Assembly: GCA_047495785.1 (NCBI GenBank)
Contig: JBLDXI010000002.1
Span: 372,001-436,000 of the forward strand
Direction of reading: 5' to 3'
Origin: Lepidodermella squamata
Taxonomy: Eukaryota > Animalia > Gastrotricha
DNA: 64,000 bases
Shown here: positions 1 to 11,405 of the stretch, in pieces
Numbering within the stretch: position 1 is the stretch's first letter
Layout: every line of letters starts with the position of its first letter
Notes under the pieces: model-generated
What the model was told of the DNA's origin: nothing
Seen by the model: only the letters and a program-made list of their open reading frames with translations
Database searches by the model: none
Program-made: the position numbers and the translations under genes

Positions 1-1352
1 AATTTCAACAACAACAGCTACAGCAGCAGCCTCAATTAACCGCCAACAACCCAGCAGCTCTAACTTCCCTAGATACAGCCTGGGTCAATGTGAATCAACA
101 GGCCAATCTACGTCAGCAACAACAACAGCAGCAGCAACAGACCCAGCAGCCGTTAAATTTCAACGACCCAGCTCGATATTGGCAACAAGTCGCTCAGCAA
201 GGCCGGTCACCTCCGACATTCTCCGGAACCATACCCAGCTCGAGCGGGTTCAATCTGATACCCAATAGTAACTTGGTCCAAGCTGCTCCACCTGTTCAGG
301 ACCAGACTCAAGCTTTATCACTGCGTCAGGTTATTCCTCAGGCTGATATGAGCAACCAGCAGGTTAACACTTACCCGCAAGTTCCTCCGCAAAGGAATTA
401 CGCCTCTCCTATCAGCATTGAATACGCGCCCCAGCAAACGTGGCAAAACCAGCCGCAACAAAGGCCTGTTCAACAGCTGACTTATGTCGAGCCACAACAG
501 AGTCTAGATTCTTACACGAATTCATTCCCCTCGTTACCGATGGCGAGACCAGCAGGTACGTTCGCAGGTGGAAGCAAGAAAGTATCGCACGGCAGTGGCG
601 GTATCAGGCCGAGCTTTTTCAGCAACGACCTGCACTACGCTGGATCAACATTGGGGCTCAAGCGGTTGCGTGGTGGTTTAGCGAGATGCGGCGATGAAAT
701 CCCTATTGCGTACAATCCTAGGAATAAATTTTGCTGCGACGGCATGCTGTATGACTTGGCACCCGGTCAGGTAAGGTTCCTTTCCTTTCCTTTCCTTTCC
801 TTTCCTTTCCTTTCCTTTCCTTTCCTTTCCTTTCCTTTCCTTTCCTTTCCTTTCCTTTCCTTTCCTTTCCTTTCCTTTCCTTTCCTTTCCTTTCCTTTCC
901 TTTCCTTTCCTTTCCTTTCCTTTCCTTTCCTTTCCTTTCCTTTCCTTTCCTTTCCTTTCCTTTCCTTTCCTTTCCTTTCCTTTCCTTTCCTTTCCTTTCC
1001 TTTCCTTTCCTTTCCTTTCCTTTCCTTTCCTACTTCACCTTGACTCCCCTTCTCTTCCCCCAACGCATTTTTCGTATCTCCTTACTTAGCTAAGCCTCTT
1101 ATTTTTGTTTCCTATATCCAGTTCTTCTCCATTAGTACTTATAACTAAAGGCTCATCTTCTCCTTTACAGTTGTGCTGTGACGGAAATTACGCCTACTCT
1201 CCTCGAGGCACCACTGAATGTTGCGGAAGTGTTCCTTACAACAAGAGTTCACATGTGAGTTTCATTTTCATTGATGGCTGATTAATTAACATAATTGTAA
1301 CTTGCTGATTTCCTAGAAATGCACCGGTTCCGGCGTAGTCGTTACTTTGTAA
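1..1352 (+). CDS. 5'-partial Gln/Pro-rich protein with C-terminal galaxin-like Cys repeats (exons <1-770, 1171-1254, 1317-1352)
   Basis: The frame is open from the window edge. GT..AG introns are at 771-1170 and 1255-1316. The spliced C-terminus RCGDEIPIAYNPRNKFCCDGMLYDLAPGQ|LCCDGNYAYSPRGTTECCGSVPYNKSSH|KCTGSGVVVTL* has the CG-x-YNP-x-CC-x-G pattern of galaxin-type repeats. Confidence 0.65.
777..1030 (+). repeat. (TTTCC)n pentanucleotide microsatellite, about 50 perfect copies, intronic
   Basis: Directly visible; it starts immediately after the GTAAG donor at 771. Confidence 0.98.
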
Positions 1353-1946
1353 AATCGCTTCAGCTTGGAAATATATCTGCCGTAGGAGGACCAGCATTTT
1401 CATCTTCCTCGCTTTCGATCCTGTAAATAACAATGTTTATAGTTCATTTACGCCTGATGTTATTCATTGCTGCTTATTCATGTGTAAATTTTCTCTAACA
1501 AATCAAAAGGTCGGCTCAATTTTATTTCTTTTCGTTGTATTTTTGTAAACACATATCGAAGTGAGAGAAATTAAAGACGACCTTGTTTGAATAACATGGA
1601 ACCTGTTGACAATTTCCTCTCCGAAAGCATCGAGCGTACATCGGTTTTGTTTCACGACTATTTGCTTTTCTGAAGTTCACGCGCATCAAAAGTTGCGGAT
1701 GAATAAAAAATGAATGATCATTTTCTCCTTTAAAATGAATTTGAAAAAAAATCCAGAACAGATTTTCGAAGAGGGTATTGAAGGCAGCGATGTTGACGAG
1801 AGTTCCTTTTGGCCTCCACGAGGTCATGAAAGCTCTTTAAGTCACCAGAATCTCATCTATTGGTATTGAAAAGAATGAAATCCTAAACAGAACTAAATAT
1901 TGAGATTTATTTATACAAAAATGATTGAAACACCAAAGGATAGTCT

Positions 1947-4900
1947 TCAACGTCGACCGGGTATAGGCAATCGGGGAGCTGCGAGCGGCGCCATGGTGCC
2001 CTTGTCCCGGGCAGCTTGGCGCAGATTTTTGCCCGCCTTCCAGTTTCTGTACGCTCTTTGCAGCGTTTTCGCCGCAACGTCCTGCTTTTTCCGCAGCTTT
2101 GTCGTGCAAACCTTTTGAACTTGAACTCGGTTGGGGAATGTGTTTTTGAACATAGCTTCTAGATTGTCCTTTATCTGCGTGAAATCCTCGCCGTCGTCGA
2201 TTGAACCGAGTGCTTTTCGGACAAGGCCCATGAGAACGTCGAGGCAGTGAACGATTTCCTCGCCGGTTTTGTTGTCTTTCAAGATTGGCATGTCCAGTAG
2301 AGTTAGGACGTGCTCGTTTGGTTTAGGGCACTGAAGTGGGCCTTCGAGAGCAGCAACGAAATTCGACAAATCTTGGTACTTTATAAACTGAGTAGCCAAC
2401 GGGTCGTATTGCTCCCAAGTTGAGTAAAATCGCTGGGTAAATATGAAAAGAGAGTTAAATTGGGAAACTAAACTTTTCGAAAAATTTTGAAGATTTTTGA
2501 AAAGCTGGCACAATTACCTCGATATCATCATCAGTAACGCCAATATCCTCTTGCTGCGTGGCTTGTTGGTAATTATCGAGAATGACAGCCGCAAACATGT
2601 TCCTGAGAATTCAAGCCAACGTAAATCAAATTTTGAAACGAAAAAAGAAACATACACAATGATGAAATAGGTGAACAGCAGGTAAGAGATGACGTAAAAT
2701 GAAGCAAGCTAAATAAATGCATCCAGAGTTGAGAATCATGGTCGAAATTTAAGCGCGAATTACCGAGTAATTGCCGCAATTTCCGAAACCACCAGTTTCG
2801 AGAACGACATCGCCATTCGGCCGCATCCAGGCCGTTCGGTTGCAGCACGGGTTGTTTTTCGGGTAGTTCGGGTCGGTCATGTCGAGGCCCGGCATACACC
2901 CGGTCTGCGGATCGTCGGTAAAACTCAAGCCCTGATGCACGTTATCCCAACCCGAGATAGTTGTAAGTCGGAACAGAGTTAACAGCGCATTTGGGAATGT
3001 GTGAAAATTGACCAGTTCATCGAGATTCCCGCCATAATGGCCAACATGTCCGAATAAGTTCATGCCAATAATTGCATAGATGAAAATGACGAGAAACAGC
3101 AAAGATCCAATGTTCAGTAGAGCTGGCAATGACATTATTAAAGAGTGCATCAATTTCCTAATGCCTTTCGATGTTCGAATGAGTCGTAGTATACGAACGA
3201 CTCGTAAAACTCGAAGGGATCGGAAAATGGACGGCGAAATGACCAAAGAATCGAGCATTTCCTGTAGCATGATGCTCATAATTGAGAGAAGAACAATGGC
3301 GAAATCGAAGATATTCCAGGGTGATTCAAAGTAATGCCCTCGGAGGCCGAGAATTTTCAAAATCGCTTCGAGTGCGAAAATTGACGTGAATACGAAATTG
3401 CAGATTTCTTGAGAAACCCTGAAATCATGGAATTGAAATAGAGGAATTTAGTAAAAAAAGTTTGTAAATTACGAAAACACGATGTCTTGATTGTAATGCT
3501 CCGTGCACATTGCGCCAACATTCCCAAGAATCGCGAAGGCAATGGCAAACTCGAATCGTTGGCTGCTCGCGATTTCAAACATAAAGAGGCCGAAGGAATT
3601 CTATAATGAAGTAGGAAAAATGAAGGAGAGTTCTAATCAGCTTTCAGCATTCAGCGCCTCCGTGCAAATGAGCGTTTCAATGTTGTAATAAGGTTGGAAC
3701 ATACCGTTGGTTTGACGATAGTCTTCCGCGGCTTTTTCGTACCCAGCTTGCTGATAGTTTGGTAGTACTTTTGCTGAGATTCTGTCATGAACAACGTCAG
3801 AGCGGTGCCGCCCTCGTATTTCTTCTTCAAAGCATTGAAATCGTCGATGATAACACCGACGAATAGATTGAGAAGGAAGAACGAGCAGAGAACTATGAAA
3901 ACGATGTAGTAGACATAGTAGAGCATATTCAGCTCAGGAGCGGGCTGATCGCCAATGTTGTTCGGCGAATCGACTGAAAGCTGGAAAACAGACGTCCAAC
4001 CCTCGAAGCTAGCAACCTGGAACAACGCCAGATAAGCATTGGCTAAGTGGTCGAAGTTAACGTAGTAGTAAGACCACTGCCAATTTTGCGGTAGAGATTC
4101 GCAAACAGTTCGATTTGGGGTCAGCCTGAGGGCGGTTCGATTCCCTGAGTTGCGATCAATGCACATCCAAAATTTTCCGGCGAAGAATTGAACGCCCATA
4201 ATGGCAAAGATAAGCCAGATGATGAGTAGGACGAGAAGTACATTAGTGATGCCTGGTATGGCGGTGATGAGAGCGTTCACGACAATTTTCATGCCTTGCC
4301 AGCGAGAAATCTGAAAAAAGTTAGAAAATAAGTCACCGCTAAAACTCAGGGTTCAGCAAAACAAGGTTCCCAATAAGGAAGCCTAATGGTATTGGGAAAA
4401 TATGTAGAACTTACTGCTCGAAGCGGTCGAAGAGCACGGAGGGTACGTAAAGCTCGAAGCGCTGATAAATTGACCCCACTGCCAAGTTCACCGATGATGA
4501 CATCAACGAATCCAGTGATTACAATGACAAAATCCAGCAAGGTCCAAAACGACGTGAAATACACCTTGAACCCCTGCGCGAACAGCTTGATCATCAACTC
4601 AACAGTGAAAACGCCCAGGTACATCCAGTCCATGTACTGAAGGCCGATAGCCAGGCTTGATTCATCGTCCAGGTTCGCGTCTTGCAGGCATAGAGTCAGC
4701 GAGCTGATAAAAATGAAAGCTAGTATGAAGTATTCGAAAGCTTTATGCGTGCAAATGTTGTTCGCTAACTGGCGAGCTCGCCAGAATTTCAGGCCCATAG
4801 GCTTGTCCAGGGCGAAAGCGCCGCACCACCAAGGTATTTTCGCCTCGCAGAGGGGTGAACAGCAGTCTTTGATGTGATGGCTGTCCTCGCCCGAGGCAGT

Positions 4901-7900
4901 TGAACGGGCCGATCGAGCGACGGATCGCGCGGTTACGTCGCCTTTATTGAGTGTAGTACCCGTTGTTTTCGATTTGGTTGATTGAATGTCGACATCGTCC
5001 GAATCCTCGGGGGCGTTTATTCGAACAGTTTTTGCTACAGTATTCGTTTCGACGTCTTCTATATTTGTTGAATATAAAAATAGCTAAAGATTGGATGAAG
5101 GATGAAAGCTGAATCTTACCATCGTCAAAGTATTCCTCGTCATCAGCTGGCGCCGCTGTGGTGGTTCCGTCATCCACTCCGGTCTCTGATTGCATAGCAG
5201 GCGCTGTCGCGTTTCTACCCTTCTTCTTTGGTGCGCACTTTTTGAATTGCTCTCGGAACCAGTGTCTGATATTGCGTAAACGCTTTCGCAGCTTCGACTC
5301 TTCTTCGTCCTTTTGCATCTTTTTCAACTCATCGGCGTTGAAAGCGTTGAGTAAAACGGCCAAAAACAGGTTGAGAACAACGTAACTTCCAATAAACAGC
5401 GTTGCCAGGAAGAAAGGGATGCACCTAAGAGAACAAATTAAAAAAATTGATAATAAAATTGAAAATAAGCACAACTTACGAGGCAGCTCCATTAGCTATA
5501 ATGCAGTCGAACATTGGCTGGTAGGTTTCACGGCACAAAATTCGGAAGACCAGCATGAAAGCGTGGAAGAAGTCATCGAAATTGAACTCAGGGACGCCGC
5601 TGAAACCTGGAAACGGGGTGAAGGTTTGCGGCCCTGGGAACCCAGGAAATTTGTCCACTGTGTAGGTACCGCCGAAAACTTGCATTCCAATAACGGCGAA
5701 AACGAACATGACGATGACAAGCTAAGCAAAGGTAATCAATTAATCTAGTCGGAACCGTGAAGGTGTTACGTACCACGACTAAAAGGTTAAGAATAGCGCT
5801 GAAGGTGCCGAAGATAATTTCCAGAAGCTGGCGCATTTGTTTCCAAGATTGCGCGAGCTTGAGGATTCGAAGCAGTCGAAGTAGTCGGATGATCTGAATG
5901 TTGAAGCCCCCGGCGGAAATGTTAACATTGCTCATAGCTATATCGAGCAAGCTGGAAACAAATTGCGGTAAAATTTGAATATTTTTTTACACAATTTGCT
6001 AACCTTCCAATAACGACAACAAGATCGAGCCAGTTCCATCGATTCTCAAAATACTCGCCGCACAACGCCGTCAGCTTCAAAACCGCCTCGGTGATGAAAA
6101 TGTACGTGCAAACGTTGTTGATCATATCCAAGGCGTTGCTGACATCGTCGGGTATCATGTAGTAATTCGCCGCCATGCACAGCGTATTCACCGCGATAGA
6201 AAATGTGATCAGCAGCTCGAAGAATGGATCAGTCACTATGACGTATAGGCCGTACTGAAATTTGAGCCATCCGAAGAAGCCGAGGCAACATTTGAAGCAA
6301 CACATCGGATTCCGGTCCCAGTAACCGATTTTCGGTAAATCTTCCTGGTCGACAGCACTGGGCGGCCGGGAGGCGGTTCGGTATAGAATGGAATTCTCCG
6401 CACCTGGCCATTTTGTGACATTCTCTTGGTCTAGGTACTCGGCATCAGATTCAACTCGAGACACGGAATGATGGCGGCTTGATGGGTTGTTATGGTGGTG
6501 GGTGTGTAGAACTTGCGGTTTTACGACCGCAACTGGTTTCCCGTTATTTTGAAGGTCCCCATCTGCCAACTCAATCGTGACGGCCGGGGTCACGGCGTTG
6601 ATCCCGCGTAACGCGGCTAATTTCCTCTCGGTTACATTTTTCACGGACATCAAACTTCGAGTGATAGGATTCGGGCCGACTAAGACCAATCGGAGTCGGG
6701 TTGGGTCGAAAACGAATCTGCGACTAGTCGCGTTTTTTCGTGCTTGTTGAATCACCTCAGGTGCGTCCTCGTCGTCGTCATCTTCGTCGACCTGGTATGA
6801 CAGGGCGACTACGGCCTGGACCAAGTTGGCTAAGTAGAAGTTGAGGAACATGATGCCGATGACGAAGAATAGAAAAGCGGCTGGTCCGTTCGCTGCGATT
6901 ACGGCATGGTATAAGAAGTCCCAGTAATCGGTGTTGAACAGCTGGATTGCGACCATGAAGGACGTGTAGAAATTGTCGAATTTCGTGAAGTCATTGTTAG
7001 GGTTCGGGGTACCATCTAACGATAGACAGGTGTAATTTTTGGGACAGTGTCTGAAATAAGGTAAGATTTCAGTCTGGTTTCGTCATTAGAAGACCTAAAA
7101 AGCTTACTGAGCCATCGACATGTTGCCGCAGACCATGAACTCCCATTGATCGTCCTGCATGAACCAGTTACTTTGGTTATAGACCCAATTCGCCCATGTG
7201 ACCTCATTCGGCGCTGTCGCATTCATGGTATCGTTAATCAACATAAAACCACCGATATCCGCATCTCGAACGCACTTGGTCTGCAGGGTACCCTGAAATA
7301 TCTGCGTACCAAATAGCGCAAATACCGTGAAGAACAACATTGTCCTGTAAATCTTAGTTTTACAGCTTAAAGATGAAATGATATAAACTCACATTATCAA
7401 AACGTCGCCGAGCATTCGCAAAGCCCGAAGTAAGGCTTCGATGATAGTTTTTAAGCCGGGTATAAGAGCCACAGTTTTAAGCACTCGGAACACTCGCAAA
7501 GCTTTCAAGGCTTTGAGAGACGCTCGAACACTTTGAGAATTTGCGGCGAATTGCGCTATAATCGTTGAATACGCGCTAAGCAGTACTATAAAATCTAGCC
7601 AGTTCCAAGGATCGCGCAGATACGTGTATTTCGACATGATGACGCCGCGTGACACAGCCTTGACGAGACCTTCGATGGTGTAAATCGCTAAAAATGTGTA
7701 CTCTGGAGTCGCTTCATCGACATTCATTGCCATGTAGAGCTAAAACATTTCAAAAAAATTTAAATTTTGAGAATTTCAAACATGAATTTCAAAGTTCAAT
7801 TTTTCAGAGTTAATCATTCAGAAACTTACACTGTTCGCTAGAATAGTAAAAATGACGACGATATCGAATAAGGGATGGGTGTAAAGGTAAATGGCGAGTT

Positions 7901-10279
7901 TTCTAAGCGGCATCCAAGGTTTGAAAATTCCGAAAGAAGGAGACGCCGAAAACCGGAAAATGTAGCCTGGCTTATCAAGCCGCTTGCTAACCACCATAAA
8001 TGTCTAAAAATCCGAATGTTAATTCCATGAAAAATAGTCGAATTTGTTACCTCTTCGTATTCGCGATTTTTCGGGTCAATATCTTCGATAGGAAGGCCGA
8101 GCATGTATTTAGGGAAATTCATGGCCACAGCTTTCGGTAGGGTTTTACCCTCAGCCAGCTTCGGATCTTCCTCTGGCAGCTCTTCATCGTCATCCGCCAG
8201 ATTGACCAAGTTACCGTCGACAAGTTTCGCCTCTTCTAAAGCTCGTTGCTGGACTTTTTCACGATCCTTCCGAGCTCGTTCGTTCAATCGAGCTCTCAAC
8301 CGCTTATCAGCCTTTTCATCGTACAATTTAAACTTGGAAAGCATGGCTGCGGCAGCTGGTTGCAAAATAATCTGAAGCGAAAAATCAGTTTTTGAATTAT
8401 CCAAATTTTAATAAAGAAAATCGAGAGGTACCTGTTGCGCATTAGGGTCAGCTTGTTGGTTCAAAAACGGGTCGACAAACTCGAAATGCGACCCAGATGC
8501 ATTCGATGAGGGCGACATGGGTGTCACAACACCAACAGACCGCTCGCTACTTGCAAGGCGCCGCCTCATAGCATCCCCAGAGGGCGACCCCTCACGCGAT
8601 TGCGCCCTGGGCGACCCAGCCGGTTGCACTGGGGTCGGCATTAACAGTGCTGAGGAGGCGGTTTTGGATGGCTCCGAAATGGAACCAACGCCAGGTTTTC
8701 TAACGGCTGATGCTTCCTGCTTATCTGTCGCCGATTTCTGCTGTTTTGTCGCGGCATCGTCTGCTGCTAGGTCAGCGTGCAAATTAGAAGCGACCTTGGA
8801 TGACTCAGAAACGGAACCAAGTGGCCCTGGTTTCCTTGCGGTCGCCCCCTGCTTATCTGTCGCTTGTTTCTGCTGTTTTGACGCGTCAGCCTCTGATTGT
8901 TCGTTACGCGCGTTGGAAGCGCCTTTCGATGCGTCCGAAACGGAACCAAGCGCGCCAGGTTTCCTACTGGCTGACGCTGCTTCTTGCTTATCTGCCGCCG
9001 ATTTCTGCTGCTTTGTCGCCTCTGACTGGTCGGCACGTGTGGAAGAAGTGTTCTTGGACGATTCAGAAACGGAACCAAGCCCACCTGATTTTCCTGTAGC
9101 CGGGGTCGCCTCCTGCTTGTCTGTCGCCTGCTTCTGCTGCTTTGTCGCAGCATCACCTTCTGATTTGTCGGCAGGCATGCTTGAGGTGGCCTTTGATGAT
9201 TCCGAAACGGACCCAAGCGTGCCAGCTTTTCTAATCGCTGACGTTGCATCCTGCTTATCTGTCACCTGCTTCTGCTGTTTTGTCGCAGCATCGCCTGCTG
9301 ATTGGTCAGCAGGCATGCTTGAGGTGACCTTAGATGATTCCGAAGCGGACCCTAGCGTGCCAGCTTTCCTTGCATCCTGCTTATCTGTCGCTGGTTTCTG
9401 CTGTTTTGTCGCGGCATCACCGGCAGATTGATCGGCATACATATTAGAAGTGGCCTTTGATGACTCCGAAATAGAACCAAGTGGCCCTGATTTTCTCGTA
9501 GCCGAGGTCACATCCTGCTTATCTGTCGTTTCTCGCTGCTGTTTTGACGCGGCATCAGCCTCTGATTGGTCGCCACGCGTTGTCGAGGTATCCTTGGATG
9601 ACTCAGAAATAGAGCCTGATGGTCCTGATTTTTGCGTAGCCGAAATCGCTTCCTGCTTTTCTGTCGTTTCTCGCTGCTGTTTTGTCGCAGCACCGCCTGC
9701 TGATTGGTCAACATGCAAATCAGAAGTCACCTTGGATGAATCTGTAACGGAACCAAGTGCACCTGATTTTCTTGCTTCTTGATGATCTGTCGTTTGTTTC
9801 TGCTGTTTTGTCGCGGCATCACCTGCTGAATAGTCGGCACCTGTGTTTGAGGTGTCCTTGGATGACTCCGAAATGGAACCAAGTGGCCCTGATTTTCTAC
9901 TCCCTGGGGTCACCTCCTGCTTATCTGTCGTTTGTTTGTGCTGTTTTGTCGCCGCCTCAGCCTCTGCTTGTTCGGCAGCACGCATGGCCGATGCCCCGGG
10001 CGACGACTCGCTTGGCTGAACCGGAGTGGGAGTAAGCATATCCGAGGGCGCTAGGGACAGGGTGACCCTGGTCGGTTCCGAACTGGTACCAGGTGCCAGT
10101 GATTTCCTTGACCCCGACGCCGCTTCCTGCCTTTCTGCCGGCTGTCTTTGCTGTTTTGCCGTGACCACAGCCTCAGACTGGCTGAGCCGCATGGTGGGCG
10201 GACGTTGGTTCCACGGCTGGTCCTTCGCATTCCGGTCCCTGGGCGAGATTTTATCAAAAGTTATCGACATTCTCCGCAT
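1947..10279 (-). CDS. Voltage-gated Nav2-family four-domain cation channel, paralog A (16 exons, about 2451 aa)
   Basis: Exons spliced by eye: 10279-8432, 8371-8051, 8003-7830, 7739-7393, 7344-7108, 7050-6004, 5951-5774, 5721-5480, 5424-5120, 5058-4415, 4310-3705, 3600-3473, 3418-2764, 2708-2656, 2602-2518, 2432-1947. They total 7356 nt, are in frame and are all GT-AG. Motifs: four S4 helices (e.g. LRALRTLRALRPLRAISRWQGMK), YLRDPWNWLDF, P-loops TDYW/RETY/FEGW/ISGW, III-IV linker KKKYEGG..LFMTESQQKYY, EF-hand-like C-terminus and IQ-like AAKTLQRAYR. Confidence 0.93.
8660..10165 (-). repeat. Coding tandem repeat, about 11 units of 42-46 aa (consensus ATKQQKQ.TDKQEA.SA.RKSG.LGS.SESSK.TS...ADQS.GDA) in the paralog A N-terminus
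   Basis: Visible in ORF 8408-10279; A[TS]KQ[QH] recurs at about 126-138 nt spacing. Confidence 0.92.
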
Positions 10280-11030
10280 TTTTGGGCCGATTTTTTTGTG
10301 AAAAGGGGTTATAATGTGACAAAATTTTATTTACATCTTACGCTACAGCACAGCTTATTTAATAAGATGACTCAATTGGTCTGATCCTCGTTGTCAGTGA
10401 CTTCAAAAACGGCAGATTAATTTACAATATAATGTGAGAATTAAGTGATGCTATTACGAAAGTACTCGGAAAAAATATTCCTAAGCCCGGGCGAAAAATC
10501 TCAACCCCAGGCTCACTGAATAGCTGCTATTCAAGGAGGTCTGCGACAATTTTTTCGGCATTTCTCCATTTATCAGAGCAGCACCGTCGGGGTCGCGTTG
10601 CATAGCTACACTGCGTTTTTCTGTATCTGATATTTTTCAGCCATGCGCAATAAAACTTTTGCGCGCTAATTTCGGTGCTCGAATCTTTTTTTAAGGAAAA
10701 AATGAATAGAAGCAAAAAATTAATGAAAATTAATAGACTCTCGATTGATGAAAGAAAAGAGAAACATCGGTGCACAAAGTATATTAGGACAACTGAAAAA
10801 AAAATTTTCATTCAAAATATTAAAATTAAAAATTAAAAAAAAATTAAAATTTCAATAATCTGAAGAATAAATAATTTTATTCTACGCGTTCCTAGAAAGG
10901 TGTGCTAATGAATAATGAGATCCCCAAAATGACCCATTAAAAAATGAATAAAAAACAAGGTTAATTGCTAACATTCAATGATTTTCCCCTGTGAGAAAAA
11001 GGGAAGCGAAATTCTCGAGATGAATGGGTA

Positions 11031-11213
11031 CGGCGACGAAACAGCAACTTCGCAGAACAGCAAATACGACAAAACAGCAAATTTTTTATTCAGCGACATA
11101 ACAGCGAAAACTTACTATGCAAAAGATGCATCGACTTTCTGCTGTTATGTCGCAAGTTGGTAAAAATTGCTGTTTTGTCGCGTTTGCTGTTTTGGGTATT
11201 TGCTGTTATGACG
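11031..11213. mobile_element. Palindromic TA-flanked MITE-like element with ACAGCAA/TTGCTGT sub-repeats (copy 1)
   Basis: TA|CGGCGACGAAACAGCAA...TTGCTGTTATGACG|TA; a homologous copy lies at 30486-30669. Confidence 0.7.
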
Positions 11214-11405
11214 TAAATGAAATTAAAAAGTTTCCAAGACATTTCAGAATTTCATTTGAAAATCTTTATTTATTCCTTCATTTCGTCCATGAAAAAATCA
11301 GTTATTAAAAATTTGATGATAATAAATCATAAACTATAGCGATTATAAAAAATGACTCATCCAAAAATGGCCACTTTTCTCATTATCAGCAAAAACGTTC
11401 GCAAT

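Noticed and set aside
767-1063. ORFs encoding (GKERK)n and (FLSFP)n
   Set aside because: These are translation artefacts of the intronic (TTTCC)n microsatellite.
8517-10035. Long plus-strand Cys/Ala/Ser-rich ORFs
   Set aside because: They are antisense shadows of the paralog A repeat exon.
8660-10165. CRISPR-like repeat/spacer appearance
   Set aside because: This is a eukaryotic coding tandem repeat; the intervening sequences are homologous to each other and there are no cas genes.
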